Shown piece by piece: positions 45,416 through 57,335 of a stretch of DNA of 64,000 nt. The notes beneath the pieces were generated by a model. The model made no database searches and was not told the origin of the DNA. It saw only the letters and a program-made list of their open reading frames with translations. Position 1 is the first letter of the stretch. Each line of letters opens with the position of its first letter. The stretch is from an uncultured Gammaproteobacteria bacterium (lineage in GTDB: Bacteria > Pseudomonadota > Gammaproteobacteria > Steroidobacterales > JABDLF01). The DNA lies in NCBI GenBank assembly GCA_963759075.1, contig CAVWXZ010000018.1:49278-113277 (forward strand), written 5' to 3'. The translations under genes and the position numbers were made by a program.

Positions 45416-45490
45416 GCCGCGCACCTGGTTTTGACAATGTAACCGCGAAGACTATTCTCACTCTGCGGTGTAAGCGTCGGGGATAGCATT

Positions 45491-45874
45491 ATGGTCTACC
45501 TGGTTGCACTCTTCGGTCTGATGATGATCGGGCTCAGCACCTTTGGGATGGTAAAGCCGCTTGCCCTGTTCAACCTCGTTCGGCGCGCCGCGGACGGGCC
45601 ATTCATGTTGATCGCGGTAGGTGTTCGCGTCGTCATGGCAGTGATGCTGTGGCTTGCGGCCCCGCTCTCACGCCACCCCGGCGTATTTCGAATCATTGCA
45701 ACTATTGCGCTCATCGCAGCAGTTGCGATTCTGCTCGTTGGCAAACCAAGAATAATGCGGATGATTGAGTGGTGGGCCCGCAGGCCTGTCAACTTTCAGC
45801 GCGCCTGGATTACGCTCGGTCTGGTGTTCGGTGCTTACCTGGTCTGGGCAGTATGGCCCGCGATCGTCAGGTAA
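45491..45874 (+). CDS. 4-TM membrane protein, 127 aa
   Basis: Intact ORF with four hydrophobic helices. No family recognised. Confidence 0.45.
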   Translation: MVYLVALFGLMMIGLSTFGMVKPLALFNLVRRAADGPFMLIAVGVRVVMAVMLWLAAPLSRHPGVFRIIATIALIAAVAILLVGKPRIMRMIEWWARRPVNFQRAWITLGLVFGAYLVWAVWPAIVR

Positions 45875-46350
45875 ATCGCCGGGCTCTGTGTGAGGCAGCC
45901 TCCACTCGGCAGAAACGGTCAGAAATCGGCATATTTTTCGCCCCAGGTCATCCTGTGACCTGCAGCATTGGCTCAATCCGCAGACTGTGCTAAATAGTGG
46001 CTATGCCTAAGCCCGTTGTACAACAGCACTCCGGCCCGAACTGATTGTGGATGCCCGATGACGTCGTTGAAAAGTGAAGTGGAAAAACTGCTCCCTAACT
46101 GGGAACGCTGGTATCCCAGTCTCTTCCATGCTGCGGAAGACCTTGGTCTGATCCGCGCCAGAGTTTGCTCGCCATCATCACTGATGCTGTCCAACCGTCA
46201 TGCGAGTGTTAACAGCGAAGCCCTCAATGCATTCCGCGAGAAATGGGGCGGCAACGGCTGAGCGGATTTATGCCCCGCCAAGCGCCCCTCAGACCAGCGT
46301 GCGTGGCCGCGCCGGATTTGGAACAGGGCCGGGTTTCCGGCAGGCGCCGG

Positions 46351-47394
46351 TCAATTCGCCTTGAGCACCCGCGACGGCGTCGGGTCCATGCAGGCAACCT
46401 GGTACTTCGCATCGATTTTTCCCGGCATCTCTGGTTCAACGATAATTAACCGATACCAGCCATCATGGTCCCAATCCTTGCGTGAGCCGCCTGCGCCCGG
46501 GGCTGCAAGTGCTGTCGGCGCTTTCGCTTCAGGCTCAGACAAGGTGCGCGACCAGTCCCGGGTCGCCAGCGACTCTGCTCTGGTGAACTTGAGCGTAAAG
46601 ACCGGTGATTCTCGCCCGTCATGACTGACATACCTGTACTTGACGGTGCCAGGGCGCCCAGACGTAATGCTGCCTTTGAAGCGGATGCCAACCGGGCACT
46701 TGCCCCTGTGTGTTGCGGGCTCTGCTACGAAGCTCGCACTTTTGACCAGCGCCGCAAGTTTCGCCCGCTTGGGCTTGGGCTTCGGCTTGGGTATCTTTTG
46801 CGCGGCGAGATCTGAAGCCTCGCATTTGATCCGCGCATTGACCAGTGTTGAGTCGGAGCCAAGATCTGACCGGCCGATACCGGTGGCGTGACAAAACATC
46901 CGGTACTTGACGCTGTAGGCCCCGGGATAATTGATCGTGAATCCTTTCCCGATGATGTGATACCTGGTCAGATCCGCATCAGCGGACAGTCGCTTTGTCA
47001 GTTCGGTATTGCAGATTGCCACCGCGTTGACCGGTTGTCCCGCACCATCCCCATACCGGAATGTGCCCTCTGCGGTATTTGCATGTGGGATCAGAAAATG
47101 CGCGGGGTCAGTGTCGCCGATGATTTCGAAGCCAGATACAAGCATGTCGCCTTCATACGCTTTGTTACCCCGGCCTTCAAAACGACACTCGGCATTTAAC
47201 CGCACCTTGAACTTCACGGCCTTGGACTTATCTATGGCATCCCATTTTTCACCGTTCGTAGAATAAACATGCACGGTTGGCGCTTCCTCGTAGCCTTCGA
47301 GCGCCCAAATATCAAGCTTGGTGATCTTGTTCGCGGATACTGAAACCGGTAAAACGAGACCCGCCACCAACAAAACGAGAGCGCGCTGAAACAT
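46351..47394 (-). CDS. secreted two-domain protein with PKPKPKPK linker, 347 aa, unknown function
   Basis: Signal peptide MFQRALVLLVAGLVLPVSVSA. Two beta-rich halves are separated by AAQKIPKPKPKPKRAKL. No family recognised. Confidence 0.55.
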   Translation of the reverse strand: MFQRALVLLVAGLVLPVSVSANKITKLDIWALEGYEEAPTVHVYSTNGEKWDAIDKSKAVKFKVRLNAECRFEGRGNKAYEGDMLVSGFEIIGDTDPAHFLIPHANTAEGTFRYGDGAGQPVNAVAICNTELTKRLSADADLTRYHIIGKGFTINYPGAYSVKYRMFCHATGIGRSDLGSDSTLVNARIKCEASDLAAQKIPKPKPKPKRAKLAALVKSASFVAEPATHRGKCPVGIRFKGSITSGRPGTVKYRYVSHDGRESPVFTLKFTRAESLATRDWSRTLSEPEAKAPTALAAPGAGGSRKDWDHDGWYRLIIVEPEMPGKIDAKYQVACMDPTPSRVLKAN

Positions 47395-47845
47395 GGCCTA
47401 CACCTCACGATTACTCAGGACATGCGAGTAAGTATAGGTAACCAGATACTGAGCGGGTGTTGCCAGGAGCAATTTAGATAAAGTCTAATTCATCGTCCGC
47501 TGCTGTTGCTTACCAGCCCTGAACCAGGTGAAAGCGGGCGCACTATCACTTGCTGCACCGCAGCCAGGCCAGCTTCGGGCGTACGTTTTAAGCCCATTCG
47601 GATTGCCGTGAATATTTGCTTCATCGATCCGACGTAGTGAACAACGTTAGCTCAAACCTGAAACGGAATTCTTCCACACAAGCATTTCTCCTGGCCTTCG
47701 ATTGAATGCCAGGCGCCGCTTCGCGGTCGCTCAAATGTTAGTATTTGCCGAATGCCAGATGGCTGTCAGTGACATGAAGCGATCATTCGTGGTCTGGTGC
47801 TCTGGATAACCTCCCCCGGCTCTTTCTTTATTACAGAGAACCCCG

Positions 47846-49135
47846 ATGGCAAATGAACTGGCCGCCGCCTTGAACAGGGATTGCTACTGTATTGGCGTAA
47901 ACAAAGACGTGCTTCGGCAAAGCCTGGAAGCTCATCTCAGAGACGCAGGCCTTCCGGAACAGCTCCTGGACGAAAACAGACATCTTTTCGCTGCCTCGCC
48001 GGTATTCTTGGCGGAGGAACATCTCCAGGAGATGAAAAGGCTTATTCATTCAGTCGAAACAATTGCCCACAACGATGCCTATCGCGAGTCAGTTTTAGCT
48101 GGCGTCCCGCTCCCTACGCCCCTGCAAACTGGTTCCAGTGGTGTTTTTTTTGGCTATGATTTTCATCTTGGCGCGGAAGGTCCCCGGCTGATAGAGATCA
48201 ATACCAATGCAGGCGGAGTGTTGCTTACTCTGTACCTGGCGTCGGCCCAGCAAGCTTGCTGCGACGAAGTGAGCACCTTCTTTGCAGGACAAACCAGCTT
48301 CTCCGACGCCGAGCGCAAAATAGTCTCGATGTTCCAGGAAGAATGCTCGTCGCAGATGGGAGACAGAAGTCTGCGCACAATCGCGATCGTGGACAATGAG
48401 CCTTCCTCTCAGTTCCTCTACCCTGAGTTCCGACTGTTTAAGTCACTCTTTGAGAGACACGGGATCGACGCGATAATCGCGGATCCCGGGGATCTCAGCA
48501 TCAGTAACAATGCATTGTATTCGGGTGGGCAAAAAATCGACCTCGTCTACAACCGGCTCACCGACTTTTATCTGGACAAGGCTGAATCGAACTGCCTGCG
48601 GGAGGCTTACCAAAAGGGGCTGGCCGTGCTGACGCCGTCCCCATACCACTACGCGCTCTATGCAGATAAACGCAATCTTCCGCTGCTGTCAGACCCCAGC
48701 CGACTCCGGAACTTTGGTGTTGAGGAGGACGTCATCGCTGCGCTGGGTAAGTCGCTGCCGGCAGCAGTTCCGGTTACCAGTGACAACGCCGCGCAGCTTT
48801 GGTCCGATCGTAAACGGTACTTTTTTAAACCCACTACCGGGCATGGCAGCCGAGGCGTGTATCGCGGTGCCAAGCTCACAAAACGGGTGTGGAACGACAT
48901 TGTCCACGGGGATTACATCGCCCAGGTCGTGGCTCCGCCCAGCGAGCGACAACTCATCATCGATGGGAAAAAGCAGTCCCTGAAGCTCGATATTCGCTGC
49001 GTAAGCTACAAGGGCGAAGTTCAACAGATATCCGCCCGCCTCTACCAGGGCCAGACCACCAACTTGAGAACAGAAGGCGGCGGGCTCGCTACCGTGTTTG
49101 CGACCCCGGGCGTCAACTTGAGCTGGCAGTCTTGA
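47846..49135 (+). CDS. circularly permuted ATP-grasp / glutathionylspermidine-synthase-like amidoligase, 429 aa
   Basis: FFGYDFHLGAEGPRLIEINTNAGG at residues 101-124 is an E-x-N metal-binding strand that is normally C-terminal. FFKPTTGHGSRGVYRG at 326-341, YIAQVVAP, and DIRCVSYKG..TTNLRTEGGGLATV lie near the C-terminus. Confidence 0.5.
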   Translation: MANELAAALNRDCYCIGVNKDVLRQSLEAHLRDAGLPEQLLDENRHLFAASPVFLAEEHLQEMKRLIHSVETIAHNDAYRESVLAGVPLPTPLQTGSSGVFFGYDFHLGAEGPRLIEINTNAGGVLLTLYLASAQQACCDEVSTFFAGQTSFSDAERKIVSMFQEECSSQMGDRSLRTIAIVDNEPSSQFLYPEFRLFKSLFERHGIDAIIADPGDLSISNNALYSGGQKIDLVYNRLTDFYLDKAESNCLREAYQKGLAVLTPSPYHYALYADKRNLPLLSDPSRLRNFGVEEDVIAALGKSLPAAVPVTSDNAAQLWSDRKRYFFKPTTGHGSRGVYRGAKLTKRVWNDIVHGDYIAQVVAPPSERQLIIDGKKQSLKLDIRCVSYKGEVQQISARLYQGQTTNLRTEGGGLATVFATPGVNLSWQS

Positions 49136-49167
49136 AACTGACGAATCAGCCTAGCCAGCATTCAACA

Positions 49168-49211
49168 ATGTAACCTTGACGTTACTTTTCTTTTAAGTTA
49201 GCATGTAACCT
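49168..49211 (+). promoter_or_regulatory. sigma70-like promoter flanked by direct ATGTAACCT repeats (candidate operator)
   Basis: ATGTAACCT (49168-49176), TTGACG (49176-49181), a 17-nt spacer, TAGCAT (49199-49204), then ATGTAACCT (49203-49211). It lies upstream of the membrane-protein/XRE pair. Confidence 0.4.
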
Positions 49212-49235
49212 CAAGGTGACACATCGAGATAAGTC

Positions 49236-49679
49236 ATGAACCAAGATCCCGAACTCGCCTCGCGTCGGCGCCGCATCCTGCTGATGGTCATGGCCTCGGC
49301 TTTTCTGGTGTGGCAGGTGCCGGGTATGGACTTCTTCGAGCGGCTGGCGGGCGCGGGCGGAAGTACCGCGTCAAGCGTAGCCGTGGCGGGCTTTGCGGTC
49401 TGGGCAATTGCCCTGGTAGCGCTGTTGGCAAGCGGCAAGGGTTTTCTGTGGAGTGCAAGCAAGCAGATGCGCTACGTGCTCGAAGACGAGCTCGTAAAAG
49501 CCAACCGCTCCACAGCTTTTTTGATCGGCTATCTTGTAACGCTTGCTGCCGCGGTGTTGATGTTCGCGGTGAGTCTTTACTGGCCAGTATCCGGGACAGA
49601 GGCGGCGCATCTCATCATGGTGCTCGGCGTGGTCGCGCCCATGTACGCCTTTGCCTTGCTGGATCGCTTCAATGCCTGA
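49236..49679 (+). CDS. 4-TM membrane protein partner of XRE regulator, 147 aa
   Basis: Four hydrophobic helices, with the same architecture and gene order as 15775-16188. Confidence 0.55.
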   Translation: MNQDPELASRRRRILLMVMASAFLVWQVPGMDFFERLAGAGGSTASSVAVAGFAVWAIALVALLASGKGFLWSASKQMRYVLEDELVKANRSTAFLIGYLVTLAAAVLMFAVSLYWPVSGTEAAHLIMVLGVVAPMYAFALLDRFNA

Positions 49680-49884
49680 TCATCCCGAACTCGTCAATCA
49701 ACTGAAAGTACTGCGCGCAGAAGCAGCTTTGACCCAGGCGGAGCTGGCAGAGCGCGTAGGCGTGAGTCGCAAGACTATCAACACGGTGGAGAATGGCGTA
49801 TTTGTGCCGTCAACCATTCTTGCCCTCAGGCTGGCGCGTGCGCTGGCGATTAGCGTGGAACAGATTTTCTCACTCAGATCGTAG
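49672..49884 (+). CDS. short XRE-family HTH regulator
   Basis: Start at MPDHPELVNQLKVLRAEAALTQAELAERVGVSRKTINTVENGVFVPSTILALRLARAL. It overlaps the upstream stop by 8 nt. Confidence 0.7.
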   Translation: MPDHPELVNQLKVLRAEAALTQAELAERVGVSRKTINTVENGVFVPSTILALRLARALAISVEQIFSLRS

Positions 49885-49918
49885 CGCACGTGGTGCCGCT
49901 ATTTCTATTGGCCCTTTT

Positions 49919-49988
49919 GGGAAATGGGGTCAGATTTATTTCTCGAAGGTAATGGGAAATGGGGTCAGATTTATTTCTCGAAGGTAAG
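49919..49988. repeat. two tandem copies of a 35-bp unit (REP/MITE-like)
   Basis: GGGAAATGGGGTCAGATTTATTTCTCGAAGGTAAT occurs twice, differing only at the last base. An inverted GGGGTCAG partner (CTGACCCC) lies at 50051-50058, and the 14-bp palindrome TCCGGAATTCCGGA at 50021-50034. Confidence 0.8.
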
Positions 49989-50304
49989 ACAACTGCCATG
50001 GTTTCTCTATTCTGATCGAGTCCGGAATTCCGGAGAGCCAAAAAACGAACCTGACCCCTTTTTTCGTATCTGTTCGAGGCTGCGGACGTCAGCAGACGTG
50101 CGCTGCGACGCAGAATCAGCATCAGGCTAATGGGGGCTTTGAATCGGCAGCAGACACCATGCCCGGGTCGCGGGTGATTAGGGCCCACAGGCGCTGCCGG
50201 CCAATTCCAGACATCTGACGTTACCGCGGTAACTTTTTCTGGACTACCGCTCCCGGCCAGAAGCAGGCATCGCGAGAAATCATATGCCTGCTCAAACGAG
50301 CGCT

Positions 50305-50685
50305 CTACTTCGAGAGGTACGCCCCTAATGCAAGCATCGCGGCAAAGAATACTGCGATGCCGATTAGAATGCGTCGGCCGATGCGGAAACGCATGAGAAA
50401 GCCGGCGGCCGCACCGAGGACGACAAAACCACCCACGGCACCAACGAGCACGTTGACGCCGACCTCTGACAACCCGGCGCCGAAAATCCCGCCTAAAATA
50501 GAGAACACCCAGACGACCGGATGGGCTTTCGCGCGAGGCGCTGCGCCGCCTACCGCCCGGGCGTCGCCACCCGAGCCACCACAATGGCGGCAATCGACCA
50601 TGCTCCAAACTGCATTGACCTTGTAGCCAGGCTGAGCGCCCGCACTAACGCGTCCGGTTCCGTTGCAATAAACGCATCTCGCCAT
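50305..50685 (-). CDS. membrane protein with N-terminal DnaJ-type zinc-finger motifs
   Basis: CVYCNGTG and CRHCGGSG (two CxxCxGxG motifs), followed by two or three Gly-rich TM helices; 126 aa. Confidence 0.5.
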   Translation of the reverse strand: MARCVYCNGTGRVSAGAQPGYKVNAVWSMVDCRHCGGSGGDARAVGGAAPRAKAHPVVWVFSILGGIFGAGLSEVGVNVLVGAVGGFVVLGAAAGFLMRFRIGRRILIGIAVFFAAMLALGAYLSK

Positions 50686-50823
50686 TTACGCCACCCTGTC
50701 TGGTTGCGACGTGTTACCCGGAGCGTGCAACCCCGTTGTCGATTGCTGGTCTTCTTAAGGCAATTTACCAGCGGCCGTTTTGGGCCAGTGGCAGACTCAT
50801 TTTTCAGTCTAGACGAGCAATCA

Positions 50824-51013
50824 CGAAATATCTGCTTCGGGTCGGTAGCGGAAGCAGCTGCAATGCAACATTCAGAATCTGTCTAACTTCCGCTTTGGGT
50901 CGGTAGCGGGAGCAGCTGCAATGCAGCATTCAGAATCTGTCCAACTTCCGCTTCGGGTCGTTAGCCGTCGTAAAGCAAAAGTTGGCCATCAACACCCGAA
51001 TATCTGCCTTCGG
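50824..51013. repeat. tandem array with 58-bp period (2 good copies plus diverged copies)
   Basis: CTTCGGGTCGG recurs at 50835, 50893 (CTTTGGGTCGG) and 50951. Copies 1 and 2 are near-identical (..GGTAGCGGRAGCAGCTGCAATGCARCATTCAGAATCTGTCYAAC). CGAA(A)TATCTGC(C)TTCGG recurs at 50824 and 50997, 173 bp (3x58-1) apart. Confidence 0.75.
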
Positions 51014-51189
51014 AGCACACTAGCCTGGTTGCCAGTTACGCCTGTTGGGAAAAGCCAGGAAACCTGAGCAGGGGGTACTGGCCATAGACAGGTGCCCGAA
51101 CGGCTCAAGGTTGCGGTAACCGAACGTCTTTGGTCAAAAAGTGACGGAGTTAATTAATCAGGACCAGCGGGGCACATCTCGTGCCTGCC

Positions 51190-53025
51190 CTACTCGACGG
51201 TTACCGACTTTGCCAGGTTACGCGGTTGATCTACATCCGTGCCGCGCAGCACGGCTACATGATATGCAAGCAGTTGCAGCGGTATTGTGAAGACGGCCGG
51301 CGCCTGGAACTCTTCACAGTGGACCGGCAAGTTCATGACTGTGACGCCTTCCGAGCCCTTGAGACCGGAGCCTGGGTCCGCAAACACGTAAAGCCGCCCT
51401 CCGCGAGCATGTACTTCCTGCAGGTTGGATTTCAGCTTTTCGAGTAGCTTGTTATTAGGGGCCACCGCGAACACCGGCATATCAGCGTCCACCAGCGCCA
51501 GCGGCCCGTGCTTCAGCTCACCGGCCGCATACGCTTCCGCGTGAATGTAGGAAATTTCTTTGAGCTTCAGCGCCCCTTCCATTGCGACGGGAAACTGACT
51601 ACCGCGCCCGAGGAACAGCGCGTGATGTTTCTCGGGAAACTGCTCCGCCAGATGGGCGATCTTGTCATCCAGGGTCAGTGTATCCTCGATAAGACCTGGC
51701 AGCGCCTGCAGCTGCCGAGTCAACCGCTCTGCCTTTTCGGCTTTCAGCCCGTTGTGATTGGCCAGCGCCAGCGACAGCAAACCGAACGCCGCAAGCTGCG
51801 TGGTGAATGCCTTGGTAGAAGCAACACCAATTTCCGGCCCGGCGCGCGTCATCAGCACCAGATCTGATTCGCGGACCAGCGAACTTTCGGGGGCGTTACA
51901 GATTGCGAGCGAAGACAGATAACCAATTTGTTTGGCGGACCGGAGCGCGGCCAGCGTATCTGCTGTTTCGCCAGATTGAGAGATCGTCACAAACAGCGAG
52001 CCTTCGGGCACCACAAGCGTCCGGTAGCGATACTCGCTGGCAATTTCTACCGTGCACGGAATACCGGCATATTTCTCTATCCAGTAGCGCGCGATCATCC
52101 CCGCATGGTAGCTGGTGCCGCAGGCGACAATATGTACGCACCGCGTCGCAGAAAAAATCTTCGCTGCCTCGGGGCCAAATGCAGCATCCAGGACTTTGCC
52201 ATTGGCAATACGCTCGGAAAGCGTATCGGCGAAAGCCTTGGGCTGCTCGTAAATTTCCTTGAGCATGTAATGACGATATTCACCGCGATCAGAAGCGTCA
52301 GCCGACAACTTGCTTTCCTTTATTTCACGTTCCGCGGGGCGGCCGTGCACGTCCAGCACTTTGACGGCATCGCGACTGACCGTGGCGACGTCGCCTTCTT
52401 CCAGAAAGATGAATCGACGCGTGACTGGCAGCAGCGCCGCTACATCTGACGCTACGAAATTCTCTCCGACACCAAGCCCGATCACCACCGGGCAGCCCTG
52501 ACGGGCGAGCACCAGCCGGTCCGGGTCGTCTTTGCTCATCACCACCAGCGCGTAGGCCCCCTCGATCTCGGCAACCGTCGCTCGCACAGCGCCCAGCAGA
52601 TCCTGACCTGATTTCATGTAATGACGAATCCGATGCGCTACTACTTCCGTGTCGGTATCAGATGTAAAGGTGTAGCCCTTCTCTTTGAGATCGACCCGCA
52701 ATGCCTCGTAATTCTCGATGATGCCGTTGTGCACCAGTGCAATGCTGTCATCCGAAAAGTGTGGATGGGCATTCTGCTCACTGGGCACACCATGGGTGGC
52801 CCAGCGCGTGTGGGCGATGCCACGAAAACCCTGCAGGGGATCCTTGTCGAGCGAATCCTGAAGTTCTCTGACCTTCCCGACGGAGCGCCGGCGCGACAAG
52901 CTACCGCTGCCATTAAGGACAGCAATGCCCGCCGAGTCATAGCCTCGATACTCCAGGCGCCGCAGGCCTTCCATCAGCACCGGTACGACGTTCCTTTCGG
53001 CGACGGCCCCTACAATTCCACACAT
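51190..53025 (-). CDS. glmS: glutamine--fructose-6-phosphate aminotransferase
   Basis: Intact 611-aa ORF. It starts [36 protein letters not shown], has SIS domains, and ends ..[11 protein letters not shown]. Confidence 0.95.
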   Translation of the reverse strand: MCGIVGAVAERNVVPVLMEGLRRLEYRGYDSAGIAVLNGSGSLSRRRSVGKVRELQDSLDKDPLQGFRGIAHTRWATHGVPSEQNAHPHFSDDSIALVHNGIIENYEALRVDLKEKGYTFTSDTDTEVVAHRIRHYMKSGQDLLGAVRATVAEIEGAYALVVMSKDDPDRLVLARQGCPVVIGLGVGENFVASDVAALLPVTRRFIFLEEGDVATVSRDAVKVLDVHGRPAEREIKESKLSADASDRGEYRHYMLKEIYEQPKAFADTLSERIANGKVLDAAFGPEAAKIFSATRCVHIVACGTSYHAGMIARYWIEKYAGIPCTVEIASEYRYRTLVVPEGSLFVTISQSGETADTLAALRSAKQIGYLSSLAICNAPESSLVRESDLVLMTRAGPEIGVASTKAFTTQLAAFGLLSLALANHNGLKAEKAERLTRQLQALPGLIEDTLTLDDKIAHLAEQFPEKHHALFLGRGSQFPVAMEGALKLKEISYIHAEAYAAGELKHGPLALVDADMPVFAVAPNNKLLEKLKSNLQEVHARGGRLYVFADPGSGLKGSEGVTVMNLPVHCEEFQAPAVFTIPLQLLAYHVAVLRGTDVDQPRNLAKSVTVE

Positions 53026-53115
53026 GCGTTTCGCCTCTCGCGAAGATTCTCAGGCGGCAAAGATTAAGCTAAGGATTATTGTTAAAAAAGACACTCGCAG
53101 GCCAGTAACTGCGTC

Positions 53116-54485
53116 TCATTTCGAGGTCGTCCTGGTGGGCCGTCGCCAGCCATCAATGGTCTTCTGCTGGGCCCTGGATAGCGTGAGCTGCCCATCGGGC
53201 GTATCCCGGGTAATGACTGACCCTGCACCAATGGTAGCGCCGGCCCCGATACGCACGGGCGCCACCAGCTGCACGCCGGAGCCGATGAACGCGTCATCAC
53301 CAATCAAGGTGCGGTGTTTATTGGCGCCATCGTAGTTACAGGTAATGGTGCCTGCTCCCAGGTTCGCGCGCTCGCCCACCGAGCTGTCGCCTACGTATGT
53401 CAGGTGATTGACCTTGCTGCCAAATCCCAGGTCGCTTTTCTTGATTTCTACGAAGTTGCCGACTTTTACCTGGTCAGCCAGCCGCGCGTCGGGCCGCAGG
53501 CGCGCGAACGGCCCGATCTGGCAGCGTGCACCTAGCTGCGAGCTGTCGATCACACAATTCGGGTGGATCTGGGTGTCGTTGCCGACCTGGCAATTAGTGA
53601 TGACAGCATTGGCGCCAACACTCACGCGGTCTCCCAACACGACATCACCCTCGAAAACGCAGTTCACATCGATGATGACATCCCGACCGCAGCTCAAGTT
53701 ACCACGTACATCGATCCGCAGAGGATCGATGATGGTTACGCCGTCGCGCATCAGAGTTTTCCGCTATCGTGCGCCGATAAATCTGTTCCGCCTCGGCCAG
53801 CTGTACCTTGTCGTTGATGCCTAGCACCTCGTCGGCACTCACTGCCTCAACGGCTTCAACCGGAACACCGTCGGCAACTGCCAGCCCGACAATATCGGTC
53901 AGGTAGTACTCGCCCTGCGCATTGTTGTTGTCCAACTGACCAAGCCAGCGCTTCAGATTCGCCGCGGCGCAGGCAATCAGGCCCGTGTTAACTTCGCGCA
54001 CCAGCCGCTGCTCCGGCGTTGCGTCACGCTCTTCAACGATCGCCTCGATCTGTCCCTCGGGACCACGCAGAATTCGCCCATAGCCCGTCGGATCGTCCAG
54101 CACCACCGTCAGCACTGCGAGGCCCGACGACGCCGGCATCCACCAGCTGCTGCAAGGTAAACAGCGAGGTCAGCGGAACATCGCCGCACAGGACCAACAC
54201 CGTGTGATTCTCGGGAATCCTGCCGATCGCCTGCGCCGTCGCGTGACCGGTGCCAAGCTGCTCGGCCTGGTGTACCCAGTGCAGCGTTTCGTGCGCGAAA
54301 GCCTCCTTGACGAGTTCGCCACCATGCCCGTAGACGACATAGCGTGCGTCTGCGCCCAGCTTGCTGGCCACTTCGAGGACGTGGCCGAGCATCGGCCGGC
54401 CAGCAAGGGGCTGCAGCACCTTGGGCAGGTCCGACTTCATGCGCTTGCCCTGGCCCGCCGCGAGGATAATGGTGCTCAGAGGCAT
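53116..54485 (-). pseudogene. glmU: bifunctional GlcNAc-1-P uridyltransferase / GlcN-1-P acetyltransferase GlmU; two frameshifts
   Basis: Three overlapping ORFs lie in three frames. 54033-54485 has MPLSTIILAAGQGKRMKSDLPKVLQPLAGRPM. 53699-54139 is the middle piece. 53116-53751 has the hexapeptide-repeat C-terminal domain. Confidence 0.9.
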
Positions 54486-54584
54486 GAGGAATTCAACTCC
54501 CGGATGACCGCTGCCGAATCATAGCCCAAGACGTGACCCGTAGGCTCGGTGGCCCGACTACGCCGGCAGGCGCTCGGCACGGTT

Positions 54585-57312
<2,728 letters not shown>

Positions 57313-57335
57313 TCCTGAAATCCCTAGTTCGCCGC

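Noticed and set aside
49874-50608. 244-aa minus-strand ORF spanning the 35-bp repeats and overlapping the zinc-finger membrane protein gene.
   Set aside because: The translation is extremely Arg/Pro/Trp-rich (RRRSASRESPSGR..). It runs through non-coding tandem repeats and overlaps a more protein-like frame.
49919-51013. Possibility that the tandem repeats at 49.9 kb and 50.8 kb are CRISPR arrays.
   Set aside because: The copies are directly adjacent with no unique spacers between them, there are only 2-3 copies, and there are no cas genes in the window.
50690-51189. Tn7-like transposon inserted at the glmS attachment site.
   Set aside because: There are no tnsABCD-like genes or any transposase in the 40-kb accessory region. 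I could not identify Tn7-type terminal TGT...ACA ends with 22-bp TnsB repeats. Only the location is suggestive.
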